Source: an uncultured Gemmatimonadota bacterium
GTDB lineage: Bacteria > Gemmatimonadota > Gemmatimonadetes > Palauibacterales > Palauibacteraceae
Assembly: GCA_964546375.1 (NCBI GenBank)
Contig: CAZJJO010000002.1
Coordinates: 1 to 57,157, forward strand
Length of the DNA stretch: 57,157 bases
Direction: 5' to 3'
Part shown: in pieces, positions 35,411 through 44,501 of the stretch
How the letters are laid out: each line of letters begins with the position of its first letter
Numbering within the stretch: the first letter of the stretch is position 1
Program-made: the position numbers and the translations under genes
The notes under the pieces: model-generated
The model's database searches: none
Told to the model about the DNA's origin: nothing
The model's input: only the letters and a program-made list of their open reading frames with translations

Positions 35411-35421
35411 GCTTTTCCACA
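35359..35421 (+). promoter_or_regulatory. Cluster of three same-orientation DnaA boxes (TTCTCCACA, GGATCCACA, TTTTCCACA)
   Basis: Boxes at 35359-35367 (8/9), 35369-35377 (7/9) and 35413-35421 (8/9). They straddle the bactofilin stop codon. Confidence 0.6.
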
Positions 35422-35428
35422 CGGACGT

Positions 35429-35465
35429 GGGAAAGCCCGGCCGCGGGCCCGCCGTCGGGCTTCCC
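35429..35465 (+). terminator. Possible terminator hairpin after the parAB-M23-bactofilin cluster
   Basis: GGGAA(A)GCCCG pairs with CGGGCTTCCC across a 16-nt loop, giving a 10-bp stem with one bulge. There is no U-tract. Confidence 0.3.
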
Positions 35466-35512
35466 GGATCGGGCGGCCGCCTCCGATCTTCGCCGGCCCG
35501 GGACCCGCCGGG

Positions 35513-36484
35513 GTGCCTGAGACCGTGCACCCGCTGCTTCTCCCCAGCCTCTTCTTCGCGGGGGGGCTGGCCGCGGTGATCGCCGGGGCGGACTCGGTGG
35601 TCCAGGGCGGTTCGCGCATCGCCGACCGGATGGGGATCTCCGAGCTGGTCATCGGGCTGACGGTGGTGGCCTTCGGCACGTCGGCGCCGGAGCTGGTGGT
35701 CTCCGGGGGCGCCGCCATCCGGGCCGAGCCGGGCATCGCCGTCGGCAACGTGATGGGCTCGACGGTGGCGAACGTGGGCCTCATCGTCGGCGTCGGCGCC
35801 CTGATCAAGCCGATCTCGGTCCATCGCCGGCTGATCGTCCGGGAGAGCCCGCTCCTCATCCTGGTCCTGTCCATCGTGATGGCGCTCTCCTGGAACGGGG
35901 CGCTGGGCCGGGTGGACGGCCTGGCCCTGCTCGTGGGCTTCTGCATCTACCTCTGGTTCCTGTTCCGCTGGTCCGCCCGGGGGGAGGCCTCCCTCCCCGG
36001 GCTGGAGGAGGACGAGGAGCCGATCGACGAGGAGACCCGGGCCCTGGCGGCCGACTGGGCCCGGACGGTGCTGGGGCTCGTGGGGCTCGTGGTCGGGGGG
36101 CACTACGTGCTGGAGGGGGCCAACGCCCTGGCCGAGGCCTTCGGGGTGCCCGACGCCGTCATCGCCGCCACCATGGTGGCGTTCGGGACCTCCCTGCCGG
36201 AGCTGGCGTCCACGGCCGCCGCCGCCGCCCGCGGGCTGGGGGACATGGCCATCGGGAACGTCATCGGCTCCAACGTCTTCAACCTGGGGCTGGTCCTGGG
36301 GGCCAGCGCGCTCCTCCGGCCCCTGGAGATGGCGCCGATGCAGGTGATCCAGCAGGTGGTCCCGGCGCTGATCTTCTGCGTGGGCCTCATCCCGCTGGCC
36401 TACACCGGGATGCGGGTGAACCGATGGGAGGGCCTGACCCTGCTCCTCGGCTACGGGGGCTTCGTGTGGTGGGTGGTGATCTGA
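35513..36484 (+). CDS. CaCA-family sodium/calcium exchanger (YrbG-like)
   Basis: ORF 35513..36484. Two alpha-repeats, GLTVVAFGTSAPELVVS..GNVMGSTVAN and ATMVAFGTSLPELAST..GNVIGSNVFN. Confidence 0.92.
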   Translation: MPETVHPLLLPSLFFAGGLAAVIAGADSVVQGGSRIADRMGISELVIGLTVVAFGTSAPELVVSGGAAIRAEPGIAVGNVMGSTVANVGLIVGVGALIKPISVHRRLIVRESPLLILVLSIVMALSWNGALGRVDGLALLVGFCIYLWFLFRWSARGEASLPGLEEDEEPIDEETRALAADWARTVLGLVGLVVGGHYVLEGANALAEAFGVPDAVIAATMVAFGTSLPELASTAAAAARGLGDMAIGNVIGSNVFNLGLVLGASALLRPLEMAPMQVIQQVVPALIFCVGLIPLAYTGMRVNRWEGLTLLLGYGGFVWWVVI

Positions 36485-36648
36485 GCCGGGCCCGGGCCCC
36501 CTCCTCGCCGCCGCCCGGGGCGGCCTTGGCGGTCTTGTAAAGGCCACGCCTTCACTTTACTTTCCCCAAAAGGGGCCGGACCGGCCGCCCGCCGGCGCGT
36601 TCCGGACCGGCCGGCCCCGGGACCCGGACGCCCGACGGGAGGTGGAGC

Positions 36649-36870
36649 GTGGCCGTCTCCGTGAAGATGTCCAGCAAGCACCAGATCGTGGTTCCGAAGG
36701 AAGCCCGGGAGGCCCTGGGGCTGGAGCCCGGCGACCGGCTGCTGGTCTCGGTCCGCCCGGACGGCAACCTCGAGATGGAGCCCGAGCCCCGGGACCTGGC
36801 CGCCGAGCTCGAGGGGGCCCTGGAGGACGTCGGCGCCGGGGGATGGTGGGAGGAGCTCTCGGATGGCTGA
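36649..36870 (+). CDS. AbrB/MazE/SpoVT-family DNA-binding protein (antitoxin-like)
   Basis: ORF 36649..36870. SSKHQIVVPKEAREALGLEPGDRLLV swapped-hairpin motif with an acidic tail. Confidence 0.8.
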   Translation: MAVSVKMSSKHQIVVPKEAREALGLEPGDRLLVSVRPDGNLEMEPEPRDLAAELEGALEDVGAGGWWEELSDG

Positions 36871-36918
36871 TCCGATCCGGCGTCCGCGGGGGAGCGGCCC
36901 CGCCCCGGCGAGGCCGGG

Positions 36919-37380
36919 ATGAGCCGGCGCGCCCGGTTCCGGGAGCGCCTCGAGGGGGCGAGCCTCGTCCACGTGGCGCCCCGACCCCTGGCCGCCCACC
37001 TGCTCGGGCGGGAACGCCACCTGGGGCTCACCCGCCTCCTCTTCGACGTCCTGTCGGAGGGGACCGTCGGGGGACAGACCTCGGCGATCAGCTTCTATCA
37101 GCTCCTGGTCGAGCCCTGCCGGAGCGGCCGGGAGGAGGAGGCCCGGCGCGTGGGCGACCACCTGGGCGCCGTGCGGGGCCTGGAGGTGGTGCCCGTCACG
37201 GCCGGGCTGGCCGCCCAGGCCGCCCGGGTCCGGGCCCGGCTCGGCGGCCGGACCGAGCGGGCGCTCCAGATCGCCACGGCGCTCGACGAGGGCGCCGACC
37301 TCTACGTGGACCTGGACTCGGGCCTGCGCCGGGTCGCCGGCACCGAGGTGCTGGACCTGGAGGACTACGCGGGCGCCTGA
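36919..37380 (+). CDS. PIN-like domain protein with degenerate catalytic acidic residues (VapC-like pseudo-toxin?)
   Basis: ORF 36919..37380. TSAISFYQLLV and RALQIATALDEGADLYVDLDSG resemble PIN motifs 2-4, but the usual D/E/D positions read H, Q and R (judged from memory of the family). Confidence 0.55.
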   Translation: MSRRARFRERLEGASLVHVAPRPLAAHLLGRERHLGLTRLLFDVLSEGTVGGQTSAISFYQLLVEPCRSGREEEARRVGDHLGAVRGLEVVPVTAGLAAQAARVRARLGGRTERALQIATALDEGADLYVDLDSGLRRVAGTEVLDLEDYAGA

Positions 37381-37390
37381 GGCGGACCGC

Positions 37391-38737
37391 TCATCCTCCC
37401 AGCGTCCGGAAGAGCAGGCCCGAGGGGAGCTTCGGCCAGAAGTAGGTGGACTTGGGCGGAAGGCGCTCCCCGGACCGGGCCACCTCCAGCACCCGGTCCA
37501 CCGGGAGCGGCGGCAGGAGGAAGGCCGCGCCCTCCTCCCCCGCCGCCTCCACCGCGTCGCCGGCGTCCCGGTGGTAGGAGAGCAGGCCCTCCTCGACGGC
37601 GGCGTCGGGCTCCCGGGCGAAGCCGGGGCGCAGGACCAGCCGGTCGAAGACGGCGGAGGCCACGTCCGCCAGGTCCGGCTCGAGGCCCGCGGCCTCCCGG
37701 GCGCGCCGCAGGGCCCGGAGCCGGACGGGGGGACCGTCGGGGAGGACGGCCACCAGGGCGCCTCCGCCCTCCTCGGCCGCCCGGCGGGCCGCCCCGTCCG
37801 GGGCGCCGCGCGGGAGGTCGGCCGAACGCACCTCGAAGGAGCCCTCCAGCAGCCGGCGCCAGGCGCCGGCCTCCCCCTCGCGGTCTCCGGCGGCGCCGTC
37901 CGGCCCTCCTCCGCCGTCCTCCTCCGACCCCCCCGTGCCGTCCGGGAGCTCCGAGCGGGGCCCCTCCGGTCCCGGGGGCGGGCGGTCCAGGGCCCGGTGG
38001 GTCGGCAGGCACAGGAGGCCGGGGTCGGAGCGGCCCACCACGCAGGCCAGCGTCCAGGCCGCGGACGGATCGTCGGGCCGTCGCCGCTGCATGGCCAGGG
38101 CCGTCTCGTAGCGGTGGTGGCCGTCGGCGATCAGGGCCGGTCCCGCCCCGGCGGCCCGGCACAGCTCCCCGGCCAGCGTCCCGTCGGGCACGCGCCACAG
38201 CCGGTGGCGGAGCCCGTCCGGCGTCCGCGCCTCCAGGTCCGGGGCCCCGTGGACGGCGCGCTCGACCAGGGCCGGGAGCCGGTCCGCGGGGTCCGGCGCC
38301 ACCAGGAAGACCGGGGAGAGCTGCGCGTCGCAGGCCTCCATGAGGCGGAGCCGGTCCTCTTTCGGGCCCCGGTGGGTCGCCTCGTGGGGGAGCACCTCGC
38401 CCTCGGGGAACTCCGACAGCCGGAGCGCGGCGAAGACCCCGTGCCGGGTCCGCTCCCGGCCCCGGTGCTCGAAGGCCTGCCCGTAGACCCAGACGGCCGG
38501 CGCGTCGTCGGCACGGAGCAGGCCGTCCCGACGCCAGCTGCGGAGCCGCCCGGCGGCCGCCTCGTAGGGGTCGTCCCCGCCGGGCAGGACCAGCCGGACG
38601 GCGTTGAAGGGGCTTCGCTGGCGCAGCCGCCGGGCGGCGTCCGCGTCGATGACGTCGTAGGGGGGCGCGAGCAGGTCGGACGGATCGCCGGCCTCGTCGG
38701 TGTAGCGGAGGGCGCGGAAGGGTCGGAGCTCTGGCAA
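37391..38737 (-). CDS. DUF1015 family protein
   Basis: ORF 37391..38737. MPELRPFRALRY..LLAPPYDVI..VLPHE.T...K.DRL..M....AQLSPVF..ADGHHRYETA. Confidence 0.85.
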   Translation of the reverse strand: MPELRPFRALRYTDEAGDPSDLLAPPYDVIDADAARRLRQRSPFNAVRLVLPGGDDPYEAAAGRLRSWRRDGLLRADDAPAVWVYGQAFEHRGRERTRHGVFAALRLSEFPEGEVLPHEATHRGPKEDRLRLMEACDAQLSPVFLVAPDPADRLPALVERAVHGAPDLEARTPDGLRHRLWRVPDGTLAGELCRAAGAGPALIADGHHRYETALAMQRRRPDDPSAAWTLACVVGRSDPGLLCLPTHRALDRPPPGPEGPRSELPDGTGGSEEDGGGGPDGAAGDREGEAGAWRRLLEGSFEVRSADLPRGAPDGAARRAAEEGGGALVAVLPDGPPVRLRALRRAREAAGLEPDLADVASAVFDRLVLRPGFAREPDAAVEEGLLSYHRDAGDAVEAAGEEGAAFLLPPLPVDRVLEVARSGERLPPKSTYFWPKLPSGLLFRTLGG

Positions 38738-38746
38738 GGGGCCGGG

Positions 38747-39319
38747 TCAGACCGCCCGCAGCATCCCCGTGCGCTGCAGCAGTCGGGCCTTGCGCGACAG
38801 GAAGCGGTCGTCCCCCGTCACGGGCTCGGCCTCGGCCAGGGGAAGGGGCTCCGGGAGGCGCCGCCAGCGCCCTCCGGCCTCCTCCACCGCGTCGGCGGGG
38901 AGCACCGCCGCCTCGGAGCGCTCCCGGATCCGGAGGACCAGCAGGGAGACCCGCCCTTCCGGGGCGGCCTCGAAGGTGGACCGGACGCCCGCCGAGCAGA
39001 GGGTGTGGTCGCCGTCCAGGGCCCGCAGGTCCCGGGGCCCCTGGAGGCGCTCCAGGTACTCGGCCGTGGCGTAGTAGCCGAGGCGCACGCGGCCGTCGTC
39101 GTGCCGCAGGTCCAGCAGGGCCCGGAGGCGGTCCTGGTAGGGCTCGGTGAGCCGTCGGGCGTCGCCCTCCCAACCCGGCAGGATCCAGAACTCCTCGTGC
39201 TCCAGGTCCCGGAGATCCTCCCCGCCGTCGGGCAGGAGGGTGAAGATCTGCTCGCCCCGGGCCAGGGCGTCGGCGGTGGGCGCCCAGACTTCCAGCGCGG
39301 CGTCGTTGCGGTCCTTCAT
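38747..39319 (-). CDS. DUF1802-like protein (family recalled from memory)
   Basis: ORF 38747..39319. ALEVWAPTADALARGEQIFTLLPDGG..EFWILPGWE resembles the DUF1802 N-terminal pattern. Confidence 0.6.
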   Translation of the reverse strand: MKDRNDAALEVWAPTADALARGEQIFTLLPDGGEDLRDLEHEEFWILPGWEGDARRLTEPYQDRLRALLDLRHDDGRVRLGYYATAEYLERLQGPRDLRALDGDHTLCSAGVRSTFEAAPEGRVSLLVLRIRERSEAAVLPADAVEEAGGRWRRLPEPLPLAEAEPVTGDDRFLSRKARLLQRTGMLRAV

Positions 39320-39427
39320 GGGGCCTCGGCGGCGGACGGTCCGGCGTCTCGGGCTCGCGGCGGCGCGGTCGGGGGTCGGGGGCCGGTCCGGGAGAGGACG
39401 TCGCCCCCTTTCCGGGTCCGTCCCGCC

Positions 39428-40855
39428 CTACACGACGTCCTCGGGGAAGTTCTCGATGACGTCCTGGACCTTGTTCAGGAAGAAGGCGGCCATGGCGCCG
39501 TCCACCACCCGGTGGTCGTAGCTCATCCCGAAGTAGGCCATGTGGTGGATGGCGATGGTGTCGGCGCCGGTCTCGTCCTCCACCACCACCGGGCGCTTCT
39601 CGATGACCCCGGTGCCCAGGATCGCCACCTGGGGCTGGTTGATGATGGGGGTGCCGAAGAGGTTCCCGAAGACCCCCACGTTGGTGATCGTGAAGGTCCC
39701 GCCCTGGATGTCGTCGAAGTCGAGGTCCTTGTCCCGGGCCTTCCGGGCCAGCTCGTTGGCCTCCTCGGCCAGCCCCATGAGGCTCAGCTTGTCGGCGTTC
39801 TTCAGCACCGGGACGATCAGCTCCTCGCCGTCCTCCACGGCCACGGCGATGCCCAGGTTGACGTCGCCGTGATAGACGATCTGCGTGCCCTTCACCGAGG
39901 CGTTGAGGATCGGATACTCCTGGAGGGCCTCGGTGACGGCCTTCATGATGAAGGGGCCGTAGGTGAGCTTGACGCCCTGCTCCTCGAACTTCGGCTTGAG
40001 CTTCTTCCGCAGCCGGACCACCCGCTCGAAGTCGATCTCGGTCACCGAGGTGACGTGGGCCGAGATCTGCTGGGACATCAGCATGTGCTCCATCGTCCGG
40101 AGCCGGGTGCGGCTCATCTCCTCCACCCGGTCGTTCTCCCGGACCGGCACCTCGGGGATGCGGATGTCCAGGGTGGCGCCGTGGATGGGCTGCCGGATGA
40201 CGCCCGCCTCGGGGCGCTCGGCGGCCGGGGCGGGCTCCGCCGGGCGGTCGGCGGCCACCTCCTCGACGGCCTCCGCCGCGGCCTCGTCCCGCTCGGCGAT
40301 GTAGGCCTCGATGTCGTCGCGGGTGACACGGCCGGCGATGCCGGTCCCCTCCACCGCCTCGATGTCCACGTCGTGCTCGGCGGCGATCTTCCGGACCAGC
40401 GGCGTGGACTTCTTCTGGAGGCGCTCCTCCCGGGTCATGACCCCGGGCTCCTCCTCGTCCTCCTCCGCGGCGGACGGGGCGGCCGCTTCCTCGGCGGCGG
40501 CCTCGACCTCCTCCCCGGCTTCCTCGCCCTCCTCTTCCGCGGCGGCCGCCGGCTCCTCCTCGGCCTCCGCGGAGGGCTCCTCCCCGGCCCCGGCCTCCTC
40601 GGCGCCGGCCCCGGGCTCGGTCTCGATGCGGGCGACGACGGTGTTCACCTCCACCGTCTCGCCCTCCTCCACCAGCTTCTCGGCCAGGACGCCGCCCTGG
40701 GGCGCCGGGATGTCCGCGTCGACCTTGTCGGTGGAGATCTCGAACAGGTCCTCGTCGCGCTCCACCTCGTCGCCCACGTCCTTGAGCCACCTGGTCAGGG
40801 TCCCCTCGGCGATGGACTCGCCCATCTGGGGCATGATGACGTCGACTTTGGACAT
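39428..40855 (-). CDS. 2-oxoacid dehydrogenase E2 dihydrolipoamide acyltransferase
   Basis: C-terminal 475 codons of ORF 39428..41179 from ATG 40855. Lipoyl domain MPQMGESIAEGTL..ISTDKVDADIPAP, E3/E1-binding domain PLVRKIAAEHDVDI, catalytic DHRVVDG. Confidence 0.94.
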   Translation of the reverse strand: MSKVDVIMPQMGESIAEGTLTRWLKDVGDEVERDEDLFEISTDKVDADIPAPQGGVLAEKLVEEGETVEVNTVVARIETEPGAGAEEAGAGEEPSAEAEEEPAAAAEEEGEEAGEEVEAAAEEAAAPSAAEEDEEEPGVMTREERLQKKSTPLVRKIAAEHDVDIEAVEGTGIAGRVTRDDIEAYIAERDEAAAEAVEEVAADRPAEPAPAAERPEAGVIRQPIHGATLDIRIPEVPVRENDRVEEMSRTRLRTMEHMLMSQQISAHVTSVTEIDFERVVRLRKKLKPKFEEQGVKLTYGPFIMKAVTEALQEYPILNASVKGTQIVYHGDVNLGIAVAVEDGEELIVPVLKNADKLSLMGLAEEANELARKARDKDLDFDDIQGGTFTITNVGVFGNLFGTPIINQPQVAILGTGVIEKRPVVVEDETGADTIAIHHMAYFGMSYDHRVVDGAMAAFFLNKVQDVIENFPEDVV

Positions 40856-41046
40856 CTCGTCTTCCTCGTGGAGTGCGCGTCTCCGTCGCGGGTCCCGTCC
40901 GCCGGAACGGGTCCGGGCCGTGGCCGCCGGCCGCGCCGGGGCCGGGCGGGCGCTCCGGCCCTGCTCCTGTTGTCTGCACTCTCTATGCCGGCGGCCGTCC
41001 GCCGGGGACCGGGCCGCAGGGCGGGACCCGGCCCCGGGGCCGCCCG

Positions 41047-42051
41047 TCAGTAGGCCAGCAGCCAGCGGGCGGCGGTGACCACGTCCTCGGGCTGGGGCAG
41101 GTAGTAGTCCTCCAGCGGCGGCGAGTAGGGCACGGGGGTGTCGAGGGCGGCGACGCGGCGCACGGGCGCGTCCAGCCACTCGAAGGCCTCCTCGTTGACC
41201 ACCGCCGCCAGCTCGCCGGCGAACCCTCCGAACTTCGGGGCCTCGTGCAGGAGCAGGACCCGGCCCGTCTTCCGCACCGTGGCCGCCACCGCGTCGGTGT
41301 CCAGGGGGCGGAGGCTCCGCAGGTCCAGGATCTCGACCTCGGCCCCGTCCTCCGCGGCCAGCGTCTCGGCGGCCTCGGCCGCGCGGTGGACCATGGCCCC
41401 GTAGGTGATGACGCTCAGGTCGCTCCCCTCCCGGTGGATCCGGGCCTCGCCCAGCGGAACCTCGATCTCCTCGTCCCGGGGCAGGTCCGCCTTCAGCCGC
41501 CGGTAGAGGAGCTTGTGCTCGAAGTAGAGCACCGGGTCCGGGTCCCGGATGGAGGCTCTCAGCAGCCCCTTGGCGTCCCGGACCGTGGCCGGGGCCGCCA
41601 TCTTGAGGCCCGGCACGTTGGCGAAGTACGACTCGACGTTCTGGGAATGGAACGGGCCCGCCCGGGCCCCGCCGCCGCTGGGCCCCCGGATGACGATCGG
41701 CGCCCCCCGGCCGGTCCGGTACCGCAGCTTGGCGGCGAAGTTGACGATCATGTCGAAGGCGGGGGAGATGAAGTCGATGAACTGCATCTCCGCCACGGGA
41801 CGGAAGCCCATCTGGGCCGCCCCGATGGAGGCCCCGACGATGGCGGCCTCGCTGATGGGCGTGTCGATGACCCGTTCCTCGCCGAACTCCTCCAGGAAGC
41901 CCTCGGTGATCTTGAACGCTCCGCCGTAGGCGCCGATGTCCTCGCCCAGGAGGAAGACCGAGTCGTCGGTCTTCATCTCCTCCCAGAGCGCCTGCCGGAT
42001 CGCCTCCAGGTAGGTGGTCTCCTCGGTGCGGTCCGGGCCGGCGTCAGCCAT
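41047..42051 (-). CDS. 2-oxoacid dehydrogenase E1 component beta subunit
   Basis: ORF 41047..42051. VFLLGEDIG.YGGAFKIT.GF...FG..RVIDTPISEA, the transketolase-like pyrimidine-binding region. Confidence 0.94.
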   Translation of the reverse strand: MADAGPDRTEETTYLEAIRQALWEEMKTDDSVFLLGEDIGAYGGAFKITEGFLEEFGEERVIDTPISEAAIVGASIGAAQMGFRPVAEMQFIDFISPAFDMIVNFAAKLRYRTGRGAPIVIRGPSGGGARAGPFHSQNVESYFANVPGLKMAAPATVRDAKGLLRASIRDPDPVLYFEHKLLYRRLKADLPRDEEIEVPLGEARIHREGSDLSVITYGAMVHRAAEAAETLAAEDGAEVEILDLRSLRPLDTDAVAATVRKTGRVLLLHEAPKFGGFAGELAAVVNEEAFEWLDAPVRRVAALDTPVPYSPPLEDYYLPQPEDVVTAARWLLAY

Positions 42052-43147
42052 CGCTCCCTCCTCCCTCGGTCGGTTCCTCCCCGCCGGGGCCCGGCCAGCC
42101 CTCGACCCCCGCCGGGAGGTCCGGGTAGCCCACCACTTCCCGGCGGGTCCAGGGCTCGGCGGCGTCGGCCGGGCCCGCGCCCTCGTCGGCGTAGACGCCC
42201 GTCCGGGCCGATCCCGGGCGGGGCCGGGGAGCGGAGAGGGCGGCCTCGGCGGCCTCCTCCACCCGCTCCCGGACCGCCTCCCGCAGCTCCCGGAGGTCGG
42301 CCTCGGAGGCGAGGCCGTGCTCGTGGAGGTACGTCTCGAACCGCTCCACCGGGTCCCGGTCCCGCCAGGCCTCCAGCTCCTCCTCCGCCACGTAGGGCTG
42401 GTCGTCGTGCTGGGCGTGGCCCAGCATCCGGTAGGTCTCGGCGACGATCATCGAGAGGCCGCCCCCCCGCCGGGCCCGCTCCACCGCCTCGGCCGTGGCG
42501 TCGTAGACCTCCAGCACGTCGTTGCCGTCCACCTGCCGGACCGGGCAGTCGTAGGCCTCGGCCACCTCGTCCCAGGACTCCACCGCTCCCTCCAGCTCGC
42601 TGGGCGTCGAGTAGGCCCAGCGGTTGTGCTCGAGGACCAGCACCAGGGGCACCTCCCGCACCGCGGCCAGGTTCGTCCCCTCGTGGAAGGCCCCGGCGCG
42701 GCTGCCGCCCTCGCTCTGGTAGGTGAGGCAGACCCGGTCGGACCCTCCCACCTGGAAGGCGTGGGCCATCCCGGCCATCACGGAGATGGCCGTGCCCATG
42801 GGGCTGATCGGGCCCAGGATGCCGAGGTCGGGCTGGACGAAATGGGTCGTGGTGTCGCGGCCGCCGGTGAGCGACGGGCCCTTCGCCATGTACTGGAGGA
42901 ACATCTCCTCCGGGTCGAGCCCGCGGGCGAAGAGCGCGCCCAGGTCGCGGATGGCCGGGCAGACCCAGTCCCCCTCCTCCAGGGCGAAGGCGCTACCGAC
43001 GGCCGTCGCCTCCTGGCCGAGGCTCCGGTAGAGGTTGCCCACCACCTCCCCCTGCTTCACCAGGCGCTCGAGCTTCTCCTCCACGGCCCGGGTCAGGAGG
43101 AGGGCACGGTGCAGATCCCGCAGGTCCTGGCGGCTCAACGTGCCCAT
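42044..43147 (-). CDS. 2-oxoacid dehydrogenase E1 component alpha subunit (TPP-dependent)
   Basis: ORF 42044..43147. TPP motif region GGSRAGAFHEGTNLAAV..PLVLVLEHNRWA and YRMLGHAQHDD. Overlaps E1 beta by 8 nt. Confidence 0.93.
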   Translation of the reverse strand: MGTLSRQDLRDLHRALLLTRAVEEKLERLVKQGEVVGNLYRSLGQEATAVGSAFALEEGDWVCPAIRDLGALFARGLDPEEMFLQYMAKGPSLTGGRDTTTHFVQPDLGILGPISPMGTAISVMAGMAHAFQVGGSDRVCLTYQSEGGSRAGAFHEGTNLAAVREVPLVLVLEHNRWAYSTPSELEGAVESWDEVAEAYDCPVRQVDGNDVLEVYDATAEAVERARRGGGLSMIVAETYRMLGHAQHDDQPYVAEEELEAWRDRDPVERFETYLHEHGLASEADLRELREAVRERVEEAAEAALSAPRPRPGSARTGVYADEGAGPADAAEPWTRREVVGYPDLPAGVEGWPGPGGEEPTEGGGSDG

Positions 43148-43391
43148 GCGCCCTCGCGGTGGGGGTGAGAGAGGCCTCCGCCCCGGCGCGGCCTCCGCCG
43201 CCGCCGGGGCCCGGCCCGCTTCGCGGGCGCGGCGAAGTTAGACGGCGGGACCGAGGAGTTCAACCGCGGGGCGCCCGGCGCCCGGGCGCTTTACTCGGTC
43301 GAAAAGCGCCCGGGGCCGGCGCGGACGGAGGCGATCCCGGCGGCCGTCCGCGCGGAGCCCGGGCCGGCCGAGGGGGCGCGGCCGGCGCCGG

Positions 43392-44501
43392 TCAGCCCGG
43401 GAAGGCGTCCTCGAAGGGCAGGTCCACGACCCGGGGGCCGGGGGCGGCGTCCGGCCCGAGGGCCACCCGGTCGCCGGGCTCCACCGACCGGTGGAGGTAG
43501 GCCAGGGCCACCGGCCCGAGCCGGGGGGAGCGGACGGACGTGGTGATCCGGCCGCGGGAGCGGTCGCCGTCGTACAGCTCGGTCCCGGCCGCCGGGAGGT
43601 CGTCCTCCCCGTCGAGCAGCAGGCCGCGGAGGTGGCGGTTCACCCGGCCCCGGTAGTGGATCTTGGCCACCACCTCCTGGCCGGTGTAGCAGCCCTTCTC
43701 GTAGCTGATGGCCCGGTCCTCTTGGCCGGTCTCCTGCGGCAGGACCTCCTCGGTGATCTCGCGGCCGGCGGCGGGGACGCCGCGCTCCACGCGCACGGCC
43801 TCCCGGGCCGTGACGCCGGCGGGTCCGCCGCCGGCTTCGCGGACGGCGTCCGAGAGGAGCTCCCAGGCGTCCGGGGCCCGCTCGGCCGGGAGGTACAGGT
43901 CCACCCCTCCGCCCTCGACGTCCTCGCGCCGCGCCCCGACGATCGGCCGGGGAAGGTCGGCCAGGGCGAGGGATCGGTGGGACAGCGGGTCCGCGGACGG
44001 GGCGCCGGCGTCGGGGGCGGCGGCGCGCAGGGCCCGGTCCGCGGCGGGGCCGGTGAGCCCGAGGCGGAGCAGGTCGTCGCGCTTCCGGCGCCGGGCGAGC
44101 CGGGGCGGGAGGTAGCGGTCCAGGTGGTCGTCCGCGTCCTCCCGGCGGTCTCCGGGGAGGTCCACCAGGATCCTCTCCTCGCCCTCCTCCGGCTCGAGGC
44201 AGAGGGCCCGCAGGTCGGTGACCGGCCGACCCCGGGCGGTGAGCATGAAGGCGTACACGCCCTCGCCCGGGGCGGCGCCCTCCAGGTGGTTGGTCACGAG
44301 CCCGCCGAAGTGCTCGCGGGCGTCGTCCCCGCGGATCTCCACCAGGGCCCGGTCGGCGTCGTCCAGGAGGACGGCCGTCTCCCGGAGGCGGCCGTACTCG
44401 CCCTCCGGGTCGCCGAAGTCCAGCGGCCCGCGGCGACCGTGGAGGCGGCCCGTCCGGGCGCCCGCCTCCTCCTGCCGGCGCCGCAGCTCCTCCCGGCTCA
44501 A
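43392..44501 (-). CDS. ygfZ: YgfZ/GcvT-family folate-binding protein
   Basis: C-terminal 369 codons of ORF 43392..44588. TTG 44501 (GGAGG 5 nt upstream) overlaps the csaA stop (TTGA). Signature ISYEKGCYTGQEVVAKIHYRG. Confidence 0.82.
   Translation of the reverse strand: MSREELRRRQEEAGARTGRLHGRRGPLDFGDPEGEYGRLRETAVLLDDADRALVEIRGDDAREHFGGLVTNHLEGAAPGEGVYAFMLTARGRPVTDLRALCLEPEEGEERILVDLPGDRREDADDHLDRYLPPRLARRRKRDDLLRLGLTGPAADRALRAAAPDAGAPSADPLSHRSLALADLPRPIVGARREDVEGGGVDLYLPAERAPDAWELLSDAVREAGGGPAGVTAREAVRVERGVPAAGREITEEVLPQETGQEDRAISYEKGCYTGQEVVAKIHYRGRVNRHLRGLLLDGEDDLPAAGTELYDGDRSRGRITTSVRSPRLGPVALAYLHRSVEPGDRVALGPDAAPGPRVVDLPFEDAFPG

Noticed and set aside
43280-43320. 11-bp-stem hairpin CCGGGCGCTTT-actcggtcga-AAAGCGCCCGG between ygfZ and the E1 alpha gene, considered as a terminator.
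   Set aside because: There is no U-tract on either strand and the position is compatible with several roles. It is too ambiguous to annotate.
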